Below, one piece after another: positions 55,649 to 64,000 of a stretch of 64,000 nt of DNA. Where the stretch lies: positions 832,001 to 896,000 of the forward strand of contig CBDCNP010000002.1 in NCBI GenBank assembly GCA_965219415.1, in the 5' to 3' direction. The position numbers and the translations under genes were made by a program. Under the pieces are notes generated by a model. That model made no database searches, was not told the origin of the DNA, and saw only the letters and a program-made list of their open reading frames with translations. The DNA is from Candidatus Marinacidobacterales bacterium. GTDB taxonomy: Bacteria > Acidobacteriota > Vicinamibacteria > Marinacidobacterales > DATDRI01. Position 1 is the first letter of the stretch, and every line of letters begins with the position of its first letter.

Positions 55649-56172
55649 CTATTCTATTTCGATCCCGTCGACGTCATCGAACCTGGCTTTGATTCCCCAA
55701 CCGCCAAAGCTCTCGCCAACCGCCATCCATAGCTCGTTCTCGCCCTTCTCGAGTGGCAGATACAATGCGTCGAAATCCCCGAGCGTCCCCAAGAAGCGAT
55801 AGTCGCGTGACCGGAAAGACCGTTGAAGACCGGCGTATACTGAGTTGCGTCCGGATTGCCGGACTGGTGAGGTCTCATGTAGAAGTCCTCGAAGTTCTCC
55901 TCGCCCTGAAAACGCCACATGGCTCCCACGAAGTTCCGATCTTCCGGGAATGCTATGTCGAACTCGAGGATACCGTCGGTGAAGGCAGCATCCTTGATGA
56001 CCGCAACCCCACCTTTCAAGAATAGACTCGGCTGACCGAGATGTTCCTCGGTACGCCATTCCTCAGCCTCGATTTCCCAACGATCGGAATCGAAGGGGAC
56101 ACTCTCGTTATCGGCGAACGCCGAGACGGCGATTAGAAAGAACCCGAGCGTAATACCCGCAGAACGTTTCAT
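55649..56172 (-). pseudogene. Secreted hypothetical protein with internal deletion/frameshift
   Basis: Signal peptide; FTDGILEFDI, FYMRPHQSGNPDATQYTPVFNG, then a jump to a C-terminal YLPLEKGENELWMAV.ESFGGWG in another frame. Confidence 0.6.
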
Positions 56173-56269
56173 GCTGCTCTCCTCGCCCCTCCCGGATGCC
56201 ACCATAGCTCAGCGACATGAGTGGGCCCAGGAAGATGGCGATTCTTGAACTCTGTCCGGAAAGAGTGGA

Positions 56270-56345
56270 AACGACGGGTAACGTGCATTGACCCTGGTCG
56301 CGCTCCCACACGAAACGCCTCACCGGAGCGGAGACTCCGCGCACT
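56270..56345 (-). pseudogene. HNH endonuclease remnant
   Basis: VSAPVRRFVWERDQGQCT matches the pre-HNH 'V..RD...C' motif; the rest is missing. Confidence 0.45.
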
Positions 56346-56589
56346 CCGTCCGGACGGAGTTGGCAGTCTACCAGCGGAAGAGTGGAGCCTCGTCCGACTA
56401 GAGGGGGACGCCTCTACCAGGCTCGCGGGTGCTTATCGAAACGGACCAGCCGGACCTCGAGCGGACCCTCGGGTGTTTCCTTCTCCGTCCGGATAGGGAA
56501 ACCGGTTGGATCCAGCCAAAGCCGATAACTCGATTCAGACTGCGTGATCTCATAGATGGAAGCCACGACGTTCCCTTGTACCTGGGCTT

Positions 56590-57893
56590 GAACTTCCTCG
56601 TCGCGATAGCCGTAGGCGCGTCGTTGCAGAACACGGATTTTGTTGTTGACCCCTTCAACTAGGCCGAGACTGACTTTGTTCTCCGGATGACAGTAGGAGG
56701 CGATACCATCCCAATGGGACTCAATCATACCGGCGAACTTCTGGTACGGATGCAGGCGTTGCCATTTGAGGCTGTCTTTCCAACGAGTGAAAAAGGCGCG
56801 AGCGCCGCGTTCGGTGCGGTAACCCCAGAGTTGCCCGAAGATCTCCTTCAAAATATAGGCGGTGTTCAGGCGCCGGTTGGCCTGGAGCAACTTTTTGAGT
56901 GCGCGGCGACCGTCTAGGCTCAGGTTCTCCCGCCGGGAAAGCAAAGTGTAACGCTGCCCCTTGATGTACGACCGGTCCTTGCCGCTGAGGCGTTTGTACT
57001 CACCGCGCCGGACCTCATCGAGGGCCTTTGACAGATGACGCATGATATGAAACTTGTCGAAGATGATCCGCGCATTAGGCGCGTTGTGAATCACCGAGTT
57101 CCGGAAGGGCTTCCACATATCCATGGCGGCCAGCTTGATACGGGCGCTTTTCTTTCCGCCCGGCGCCTTGAAGAACAAATCGATGTCGGTTTCTTTGCGA
57201 CCCTCACCGCCCACCCAGAATGGGACGCGCCCGCTCCAGGTCGCTGACAATGACGCGATAGTTATGTCCCTTGCGGATGGAGATCTCATCGACACCGATG
57301 GCCCGAGGCGCCGGTAGCCCCGCCCGGTCGACCTGCTCTTGCATGTAGAGCGTATCCAGAGCCTTCACCGTACCGTGGTGCAGACGTTCCATCTCGGCCA
57401 CCGCCTTGTTCGGCATATCCCGGCGCAGCTTGCCCACATGCGTCGCAAAACGCTGGGTGTAGCGCGAGTTGTTCGCCAGCCAGTCTAGGTGTTCTACATG
57501 CACACCGCCGCACCCAGAACAGTTGACGCGCCAACGCTCGTATTCCAGATAGATCCGCCAGCCTGCCAACGACAGGTCGCGGACCCGGCACACTTGCTTG
57601 CCATAGCGCCCCCGGCACCGTTGCCCACAGTAAGAGCACACAGCTGTTTTTTTCGCCTCTTGAGCTGGATGACGCGGGCGTATCGGTCACCGAATAGACC
57701 CTTCAATCCGGCACCAACCACGAAACCTGGCAGCGCAAACAGCGAGCGGATCGACTGGGAATTTTTCACTCGGTTAGCCTATCCTAAAAATGGACCACTT
57801 TTCAGCACCTGATGAAGTACTCGATACCTTTTCCACACAATGAGTTACACTGTTTTTCCGTCAGAACTTACCCACACGAATCCGCGTAAACCC
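56590..57893 (-). mobile_element. ISL3-family insertion sequence, right end deleted
   Basis: Zinc-finger CSYC/CSGC, IGVDEISIRKGH, MDMWKPF, FDKFHI, EGVNNKIRVLQRRAYGYRD; left end GGGTTTACGCGGATTCGTGTGGG at about 57871-57893; sequence after YRDEE is foreign. Confidence 0.9.
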
Positions 57894-57932
57894 AGAACAT
57901 TATGCTCCCGAAGCACGGCGCCTGCAAGCCCA

Positions 57933-58784
57933 TCACATCTGAACTTTGAACTTGTTCCTCAAGGCGAATGCGAAGGCAATTGCCAGGACGAAGTAGATGA
58001 TCATCCAGTGAAGCGAAAAGCCGAAGACGCTCACTTCCTCGTCCGGGTAGGTCACGCTGATGGACTTGATGGGACTGCCGGCAGGAAGAGGGTCTTCGGC
58101 CGGATAGAGGAGCTGGTTCAGGAACCCTTTCGCCAGACGAGAAGGCGATCGGAGCACGACGTCGTTCGAGACTCGCACCGCCTTGGAATAGGCTTGGCCT
58201 TCCAGCATGACATCCACGGTGAAGTCCCCGGGCTCTTGACCACTGATGCTGATACGCCAATCCATTTCCTGAAGGGAAGGAATCCAGAGGCCGCCGGGTG
58301 TCTCAACAAGGATACCGGAAGGCGCGGTCAGGGTGAGCTCTGGCCTGGGCGCTTCTTCCCACGAAGCGTTGTTCCCGGTGTCTTGGAGCTCGACCTTAAG
58401 GAGGACCGGAGCACCGGCATCGAGTCCACGATATCCGTAGTGAAACTGAAGCTGAGCGATGATCAAGATCAATGGCGGCAAGGTCCACAACATGGGAACC
58501 GCCGACAGGCGAAGATAAGTCAGATTGTGGCGGAGGATCTCGGTTTGCGAACGCAGTATGGCTCGTAGATCGTCGTTGAAGAGACGGATCTCGAAAAGGT
58601 TGGCGTGAATGCGCCGCTTCACGGCCGCGATGGCATCCTGGTTGGAAGTCTTCTTGAAGACTAGAAGCATCCCAATGGACGTGATCAACGACACAACGGC
58701 CAGCCCCACGATGGCGGGAAGCTCGCTAAAGGGTGAAAGAAGAAACTCGAAGACAGGCCTCAGAACGGCGTTGATGTACGACAT
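57933..58784 (-). CDS. Membrane protein with DUF106/EMC3/TMCO1 (Oxa1-superfamily)-like topology
   Basis: Amphipathic N-helix, TM1, charged helical segment, TM2 (PMLWTLPPLILII), soluble insert, TM3 (HWMIIYFVLAIAFAFAL) followed by RNKF. Confidence 0.6.
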   Translation of the reverse strand: MSYINAVLRPVFEFLLSPFSELPAIVGLAVVSLITSIGMLLVFKKTSNQDAIAAVKRRIHANLFEIRLFNDDLRAILRSQTEILRHNLTYLRLSAVPMLWTLPPLILIIAQLQFHYGYRGLDAGAPVLLKVELQDTGNNASWEEAPRPELTLTAPSGILVETPGGLWIPSLQEMDWRISISGQEPGDFTVDVMLEGQAYSKAVRVSNDVVLRSPSRLAKGFLNQLLYPAEDPLPAGSPIKSISVTYPDEEVSVFGFSLHWMIIYFVLAIAFAFALRNKFKVQM

Positions 58785-58802
58785 ACGATTCGGGACCGGC
58801 GG

Positions 58803-58997
58803 TTAGGATATGTAACCCAACCCTTGCAGTCTTTTTCGGATCTCCTCTTCGGAGCCGGCATCCTCCAGCTTGGCCAGCTCTTTTTCGAGAGCATGAGTGA
58901 TGAACTCCTCGGGTGAGGAGTATCCGGCAATGTCCGCATATTTCTTGATCTTCGCCACCAAGTCTTTATCCAATTTCACTTTCGTCGACCCAAACAT
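58803..58997 (-). CDS. 64-aa ribbon-helix-helix (CopG-like) protein with C-terminal RLxGLGY tail
   Basis: MFGSTKVKLDKDLVAKIKKYADIAGYSSPEEFITHALEKEL...EEEIRKRLQGLGYIS; TGATG coupling to the upstream gene. Confidence 0.8.
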   Translation of the reverse strand: MFGSTKVKLDKDLVAKIKKYADIAGYSSPEEFITHALEKELAKLEDAGSEEEIRKRLQGLGYIS

Positions 58998-60976
58998 CAA
59001 CTGCCTCCCTTGCCGGCGTCCATGCCCTCGCCACCTCGCGAGGGAAACTCTCCCTCGATCCCGAATTCCGCCAGGACCGCGGCCGCCAAATCCTGCAATC
59101 GCGTCGCTTCCTTCTTGAGAGGGCGGCTCGTGAGCAGCACGCCGGGAACGGCCTCGTGGTCCATCGCGTGATCGCCACTCCAAACGCTGGTGTTGTCGCT
59201 ATACACCTCTTTGCCCACCGCACCCAAGGCCGACTCGTTGGAGCCCCTAGTCCCTTTGGCGTAGCCGATGACCAAGTCGGGACCGATCTCGAGCTCGCCT
59301 CGGTCCTTATAGAACTCCTCTCGTTTGTAGACCTTCGTGACCGCGGGCTCCCCGGTCTCAGGATCCATGGTCGCCAGAAGCTTCTCGGCGATCTCATCCA
59401 TCACCCTCTCCCGCTCGCCGGGGTTCACGATTCCCCACTTCTCACGCCCGCGTAGGTTGACATAGAGCGAATTGATGCCGACCGCGTAGGCTTGGGTACC
59501 GGTCCAATCGACGTTGGCGAAAATGCCGGGATCGTCTTCCATGTCTGGGTCCCGCACGGCGAGGAATCCATTCTCGTGAAGCCAGGCGTTCAGGTGAAAT
59601 GACCGCCGCCACGAAGTGAACCCATGATCCGACATCACCACCAGTAGGTCGTCTTCGTTCATTCTTTCGAGCGTGTAGCCCACGATTCGGTCCAACCCCT
59701 GATAGAGCTCGTCGATGAGACCGGAGAATCGAGCATCGTTCTCGGCGTCGTACCCGGGATGGTCGGGATCTCTGCCCCGCCACATCATGTGACTGATTTG
59801 ATCCACGTTGCCGAAGTAATAGAAGAGGAGGCCGTTCGTGAATTGATCGAGCACCCACTTGTACTGCTCGACGTTTTCTTCTCCTGCTATCTTGGACTGA
59901 GTTAGAAACTCTTCGGACGTGAACACGTCCTCCATAAGGGCGGCGGTGTCCTCCGGCATCCCTTGTGTGTAGAAGCGACCGGATGCCTCGGCAAGCTCTG
60001 CAGCGTAGGAAACCGGCGTCGAAATGATCGCCGCCGTCTCGTGAGGATCGAAATTGATCGGCGTTGCGTAGAGCTCGAAATCCGGTTCCAACTGTTTCAG
60101 ATAGAAACGGACCATCCCGCGCAGATTTTGCGTCGGGATGAGGTCGAAGTCCACCGGTACCCAGCCGCTCCATTCTCCGACCGCGAGAAGAACTTCTTCA
60201 CTGTCGACGACGATCTTGGCGAGCGACTCTTCCGGATCAAGATAGGCGGCAAACGGGGCAGTGACCTTTTCCGGCTCAACCAGAAAGGGATTGTTGGGGC
60301 CGTAGAGCTCTGCCTCCACAACGTTATCGAAAACATCGACCTCGTAGACCTTTCCTCCAGAAATATCCTCTCCGGCGAAGGCAAAGAGCTCCGAAGTGTA
60401 GAACGAAAAAGTTCCGTACGAGCCGATGATGTCGACGGTTCCCATCCCACTCAGTTCACGAGTGGCCGTGCCGGACGGCGGGTAGTTCGCCGGCATCCGT
60501 ATAATCGTCGTCTCTACGCCGTTTTCTTCGAGCACTTCCCAAAAGGCCTGGCCTCTGCGCAGCAACTCGGTCGAACCTCCGGAAAGCGGGAACTGCCATT
60601 TGCCAACTTCGATCGTTGTCCCCCCGCTAGTTTTGGCAGTTGAGAACTCCGGAAACATCGTCTCGGGATCCCGATGCACGAAATCGAAGATGCCGTGTCC
60701 ACCCGAGTCCATTCCAGTGATGAAGTTGGACCACGCCACCGGGCTTTGGGGCGGCACGGAAGTCGCCAGCGGCGAGAAACTCCCCCGTTCGGCGGCTCGT
60801 GAGAAGTTGGGCAGCTTCCCCTCCGACATCAGCTTCGCGGCGAGCGTGTAATCCATGCCGTCGAATCCCAGAATGATGACGCGGGGCCCGGGCGGTTCAC
60901 TACTCTTGTCGCTCCCGCAGGAAAGCCCCATCAGGCTCAGACCGAGCGCGATGACCGGACCGACGGCTCGCCTCAT
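58997..60976 (-). CDS. Alkaline phosphatase superfamily (nucleotide pyrophosphatase/phosphodiesterase-like) lipoprotein
   Basis: Signal MRRAVGPVIALGLSLMGLSC (lipobox Cys), ILGFDGMD, PPQSPVAWS, DQISHMMW, MSDHGF, WSGDH. Confidence 0.88.
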   Translation of the reverse strand: MRRAVGPVIALGLSLMGLSCGSDKSSEPPGPRVIILGFDGMDYTLAAKLMSEGKLPNFSRAAERGSFSPLATSVPPQSPVAWSNFITGMDSGGHGIFDFVHRDPETMFPEFSTAKTSGGTTIEVGKWQFPLSGGSTELLRRGQAFWEVLEENGVETTIIRMPANYPPSGTATRELSGMGTVDIIGSYGTFSFYTSELFAFAGEDISGGKVYEVDVFDNVVEAELYGPNNPFLVEPEKVTAPFAAYLDPEESLAKIVVDSEEVLLAVGEWSGWVPVDFDLIPTQNLRGMVRFYLKQLEPDFELYATPINFDPHETAAIISTPVSYAAELAEASGRFYTQGMPEDTAALMEDVFTSEEFLTQSKIAGEENVEQYKWVLDQFTNGLLFYYFGNVDQISHMMWRGRDPDHPGYDAENDARFSGLIDELYQGLDRIVGYTLERMNEDDLLVVMSDHGFTSWRRSFHLNAWLHENGFLAVRDPDMEDDPGIFANVDWTGTQAYAVGINSLYVNLRGREKWGIVNPGERERVMDEIAEKLLATMDPETGEPAVTKVYKREEFYKDRGELEIGPDLVIGYAKGTRGSNESALGAVGKEVYSDNTSVWSGDHAMDHEAVPGVLLTSRPLKKEATRLQDLAAAVLAEFGIEGEFPSRGGEGMDAGKGGS

Positions 60977-60978
60977 TC

Positions 60979-63111
60979 TCAACTCTTCGCTGCCTGAAAC
61001 GATTCCTTGGTGAAGAGGGATGTGCCGTCCATATGTTTCGGCGGCTCGAGACCGAAAAGCCGAAGCGCACTCGGAGCGATATCGATGAGGGCCGGATCTT
61101 CGGACTGGATGGCGCGATTGCAAAACAGCACGCCGGGGACCAACCGTGGATCGATACAGTGGTCACCGCTCCACGCCTTGACGTTGTCCTCGAAAACGGA
61201 TCCGGAGACCATGCCGGTGGCGCAGTCCCAGGAGATTCGGTAGCCGCCGTTGTAACCGATGATCAAGTCCGGGGCGTTTCCGATGTAAGGACCTCCGTAT
61301 ACGTTGGCGGTATCGAAGACTTCCTTGATTCCCACCTCACCCTTCTCCTCGTCCTTCATGCCGTTGAGCTTCGAGATCAGCTCCGCCTTCAACGCGTCTG
61401 CCTCCGCTCCTTGCTCGACGATCCCTTGTCCCTCTCGGCCCTTCATATTGAGAAACATCCCGGTGAGACCGAGGCAGTACGCTTTCGTTTTCGACCAATC
61501 GACATCACGCAGCCATTCCGCCGATCCATCGGCACCCTCTTTGAGAGTCAAGTAGCCGTTGGCGCGCAGCCAGGCGTTCAGGTTCACGCCTCGGCGAAAA
61601 GAATTGAAGCCGTGGTCCGAGATGACGAAGAGCACATCTCCGTCTTCGAGTTGATCGAGCGCCTTGCCTACCAGCTTGTCGTTGTGAATGTAGATCTCAT
61701 CGATGGTCTTACTGTACTTGCTCACCAGATCCGCTTTTCCATTTTGAGTGGCGGGGTGTCCGTCGTCGATATAGCGCCAGAACATGTGCTGAATGCGATC
61801 GGTCGCATCGAAGACGCAGACCAGGCTCCCTCGACGGAGCCGATCCATCGCGGCGAAGAACATCTCCTGGCGTTCACCATCGATGTCATAGGCCTGCTGG
61901 AGGAACGTGCCGTCATCGGTCACGCCTTCGTTGAGCGCCCATGTATCTTCGGCGAGTCCAAGCGTCGAGTAGGGACCGATCTTCTTGGCCAGATAGGTCG
62001 AGTAGTAAGACGGGTGAGAAATGGGCATGGCCGGTTTCTCGGGATCGATGTTGATGGGAGACACGTAGAGGGAAAAATGCTCGTCCATCTCCGTCACCAT
62101 CATGCGGCAAATGCCCGAGACCTTGATTCCCGGGGCAGCCTTGAAGCTCAGGGTGACCCAGTCGCTCAGCTGACCCTTCGCGAGCTCCACCTCGTCACCG
62201 TTGATTGCAACCCGTGCCCGCTTCTTTTCTCGATCTAGGGCGATCGTGAACGGCAGTTCGAGCTTGGTGTCCCCTTCCTTGAAAAGGTTCTCCGGGCCCT
62301 CGAACCTGGTCTCGAACCGGTCACCGTTCGACTGCAGGGAAATCCGTATGCCACCCTCTTTGAATTTCTCGGCGGCGGGCCGAGTCGTGAAGAGTTGAAA
62401 CGTTCCTTGCGTACCCAGGAGGTCCGGCACGCACATCGCACTGAGTTGCGCTCCGTAAAAACGATCGGGAGGAAAGGTAATCGGAACTCGAATGATCGAG
62501 CTCCAGATGTTGTACTCGCCCAGGATCGACCAGAAGGGCTTGGACTTGCGAAGTAGGCGGACTTCCGGCTTGCGCAGGGGGACCCGATAACGCCCGAGTT
62601 TCAAGAACTTTTCGAGCCCCCCGATGTGCGTCGAAGAGAGGACCGGCAAATACGTCCGGAGATCGCGGTCAAGAAAATCATAGATATTGTGGCGCGCCGG
62701 ATTCGTCCCGGTACTAAAGGAAGACCAGGCCACCGGTGAGATCGAAGGATAGGTCGTGCGTAGGCGGCTATAGCTTCCCATCTCGGCCAAGCGCTTGAAG
62801 TTCGGCAGCTTGCCCTTCTTCATGAGCCGCTCGGTGATCTTAGGATCTTGACCGTCGAATCCAACCACGATCATCCGTTTGATCCACGGCTTCGGCCGCG
62901 TCTTGCGCATGATGAGCCGGAAGAGCGCGCGGAACGGAAGAATGAGCAGGGAAAAGATCGCGAGGATGATGGTGGTGAAAAGGACCAGAAAAGAGGAGAG
63001 CAATGCGAAGCCTGCGCCCGGCCCGATGTAGGCGAAGACCGGCTCCGCCGTGCCGAGGGTGGCCGCCAGAAAAACAAACACCGGGGCGGCCTTAATAACC
63101 CTCTCCCCCAT
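60979..63111 (-). CDS. Alkaline phosphatase superfamily protein with N-terminal AYIGPG motif and TM anchor
   Basis: Signal ending VFA, YIGPGAG, long hydrophobic helix, basic stretch, then VGFDGQD, PSISPVAWS, DRIQHMFW, ISDHGF, WSGDH. The start codon is uncertain. Confidence 0.88.
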   Translation of the reverse strand: MGERVIKAAPVFVFLAATLGTAEPVFAYIGPGAGFALLSSFLVLFTTIILAIFSLLILPFRALFRLIMRKTRPKPWIKRMIVVGFDGQDPKITERLMKKGKLPNFKRLAEMGSYSRLRTTYPSISPVAWSSFSTGTNPARHNIYDFLDRDLRTYLPVLSSTHIGGLEKFLKLGRYRVPLRKPEVRLLRKSKPFWSILGEYNIWSSIIRVPITFPPDRFYGAQLSAMCVPDLLGTQGTFQLFTTRPAAEKFKEGGIRISLQSNGDRFETRFEGPENLFKEGDTKLELPFTIALDREKKRARVAINGDEVELAKGQLSDWVTLSFKAAPGIKVSGICRMMVTEMDEHFSLYVSPINIDPEKPAMPISHPSYYSTYLAKKIGPYSTLGLAEDTWALNEGVTDDGTFLQQAYDIDGERQEMFFAAMDRLRRGSLVCVFDATDRIQHMFWRYIDDGHPATQNGKADLVSKYSKTIDEIYIHNDKLVGKALDQLEDGDVLFVISDHGFNSFRRGVNLNAWLRANGYLTLKEGADGSAEWLRDVDWSKTKAYCLGLTGMFLNMKGREGQGIVEQGAEADALKAELISKLNGMKDEEKGEVGIKEVFDTANVYGGPYIGNAPDLIIGYNGGYRISWDCATGMVSGSVFEDNVKAWSGDHCIDPRLVPGVLFCNRAIQSEDPALIDIAPSALRLFGLEPPKHMDGTSLFTKESFQAAKS

Positions 63112-63329
63112 CGAACTAGATTGCGTCAACGGATGTCTTCCTTTCAAGAAGGCGCAAGTTGAGGCCGCTCTTCCGAATGCGGGGAAAGCGGGTCGCTGGT
63201 CTGCGCCGGCGCCTCGGGCCAGAATCACGTAGTGTATTGAGAAGCAGCTGGCATTTCAAGCTCTAGGGCGTTATCTTACTGGGTTTTGACGCCGGCCCCC
63301 AAACCTAGGGAGGAGTCAGGAACCCACGG

Positions 63330-63938
63330 ATGGCATCCACTTTAGTCAGAACTTATAGAAGAATCCGTTTCGGTGAGCCGCTGGTTGTGGTCTCGGGCCT
63401 CCCCCGCTCCGGGACGTCCATGACCATGCAAATGCTGGAGGCCGGCGGGCTCTCCATCGCCACCGACGGGATCCGAAAGCCCGGCGAGGACAACCCCCAG
63501 GGGTACTACGAGTACGAGCGCGTGAAAGACCTGGAGAAGGAGACAGACAAGTCTTACCTCAAGCAGTTCCGGGGAAAAGCCATCAAGGTCATCTCTTTCT
63601 TGTTGAAGGATCTCCCGGAGTCGAACAATTACAAAGTGGTGTTCATGCGCCGTAACCTCGACGAGGTTCTCGCCTCCCAAACGAAAATGCTGAAGAATCG
63701 GGCTGAGGCATCCGAAAGCTCGGACGGGGAGATGTTAGAGGTCTACAAGAATCATCTCTGGAAAGTGAACTACCTGATGAAGCACCGTCCCAGTTTCGAG
63801 TTTCTAGAGGTGAACTACAAAGGCGTTGTAGAAGATCCACGGCGTGAGGCGGAGCGTATTGGTGACTTCTTGGGGAATCTCGACATGGACAAAATGACCA
63901 GCGCCGTGGACGAGAAGCTCTACCGAAACCGCCGCTAG
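63330..63938 (+). CDS. PAPS-dependent sulfotransferase family protein
   Basis: 5'-PSB loop VSGLPRSGTS, NPQGYYE, 3'-PB motif FMRRNLDEVLAS; GGAGGAG upstream; no signal peptide. Confidence 0.85.
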   Translation: MASTLVRTYRRIRFGEPLVVVSGLPRSGTSMTMQMLEAGGLSIATDGIRKPGEDNPQGYYEYERVKDLEKETDKSYLKQFRGKAIKVISFLLKDLPESNNYKVVFMRRNLDEVLASQTKMLKNRAEASESSDGEMLEVYKNHLWKVNYLMKHRPSFEFLEVNYKGVVEDPRREAERIGDFLGNLDMDKMTSAVDEKLYRNRR

Positions 63939-64000
63939 GCGGTAGGCTCCCTAAAACTTCCGCCGCTTCTTCTTGTTCAGCCCCAGCGCATCCCTGAGCA

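Noticed and set aside
56414-56590. Novel C-terminal domain on the ISL3 transposase
   Set aside because: Transposase similarity stops at YRDEE and the right IR is missing. The tail is most simply the 3' end of an unrelated gene joined by deletion.
61033-62238. Long antisense ORFs (also 17355-18116, 22796-23482, 57840-58568, 59963-60643)
   Set aside because: They are shadows of well-supported opposite-strand genes in GC-rich DNA and have no motifs or RBS.

Overview
GC-rich bacterial chromosomal segment. The gene repertoire resembles Acidobacteriota or similar marine/sediment heterotrophs; that assignment is inference only. About half of the roughly 55 recognisable genes are broken by frameshifts, nonsense codons, internal deletions or fragment-to-fragment junctions, and IS256- and ISL3-type elements are present, so this looks like an eroding genome, though some 1-bp indels may be sequencing errors. 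Several blocks are intact. (1) A tandem trio of secreted, divergent M24-peptidase-like paralogs. (2) A B12-binding radical SAM gene. (3) A TPP-riboswitch operon: TonB receptor, PnuC/PnuT and a NadR-like kinase. (4) sahR-ahcY with a palindromic operator. (5) A UrtR/TamR-type MarR with two operators over a near-consensus sigma70 promoter. (6) An HD-oxygenase / ureidoglycolate-lyase-like / cysteine-hydrolase operon. (7) The best candidate for an undescribed system, at 57.9-63.9 kb: a PAPS-type sulfotransferase divergent from an operon of two alkaline-phosphatase-superfamily paralogs predicted on opposite membrane faces, a 64-aa ribbon-helix-helix protein with an 'RLxxLGY' tail, and a DUF106/EMC3/TMCO1-like membrane protein. 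No rRNA, tRNA or CRISPR array was seen.
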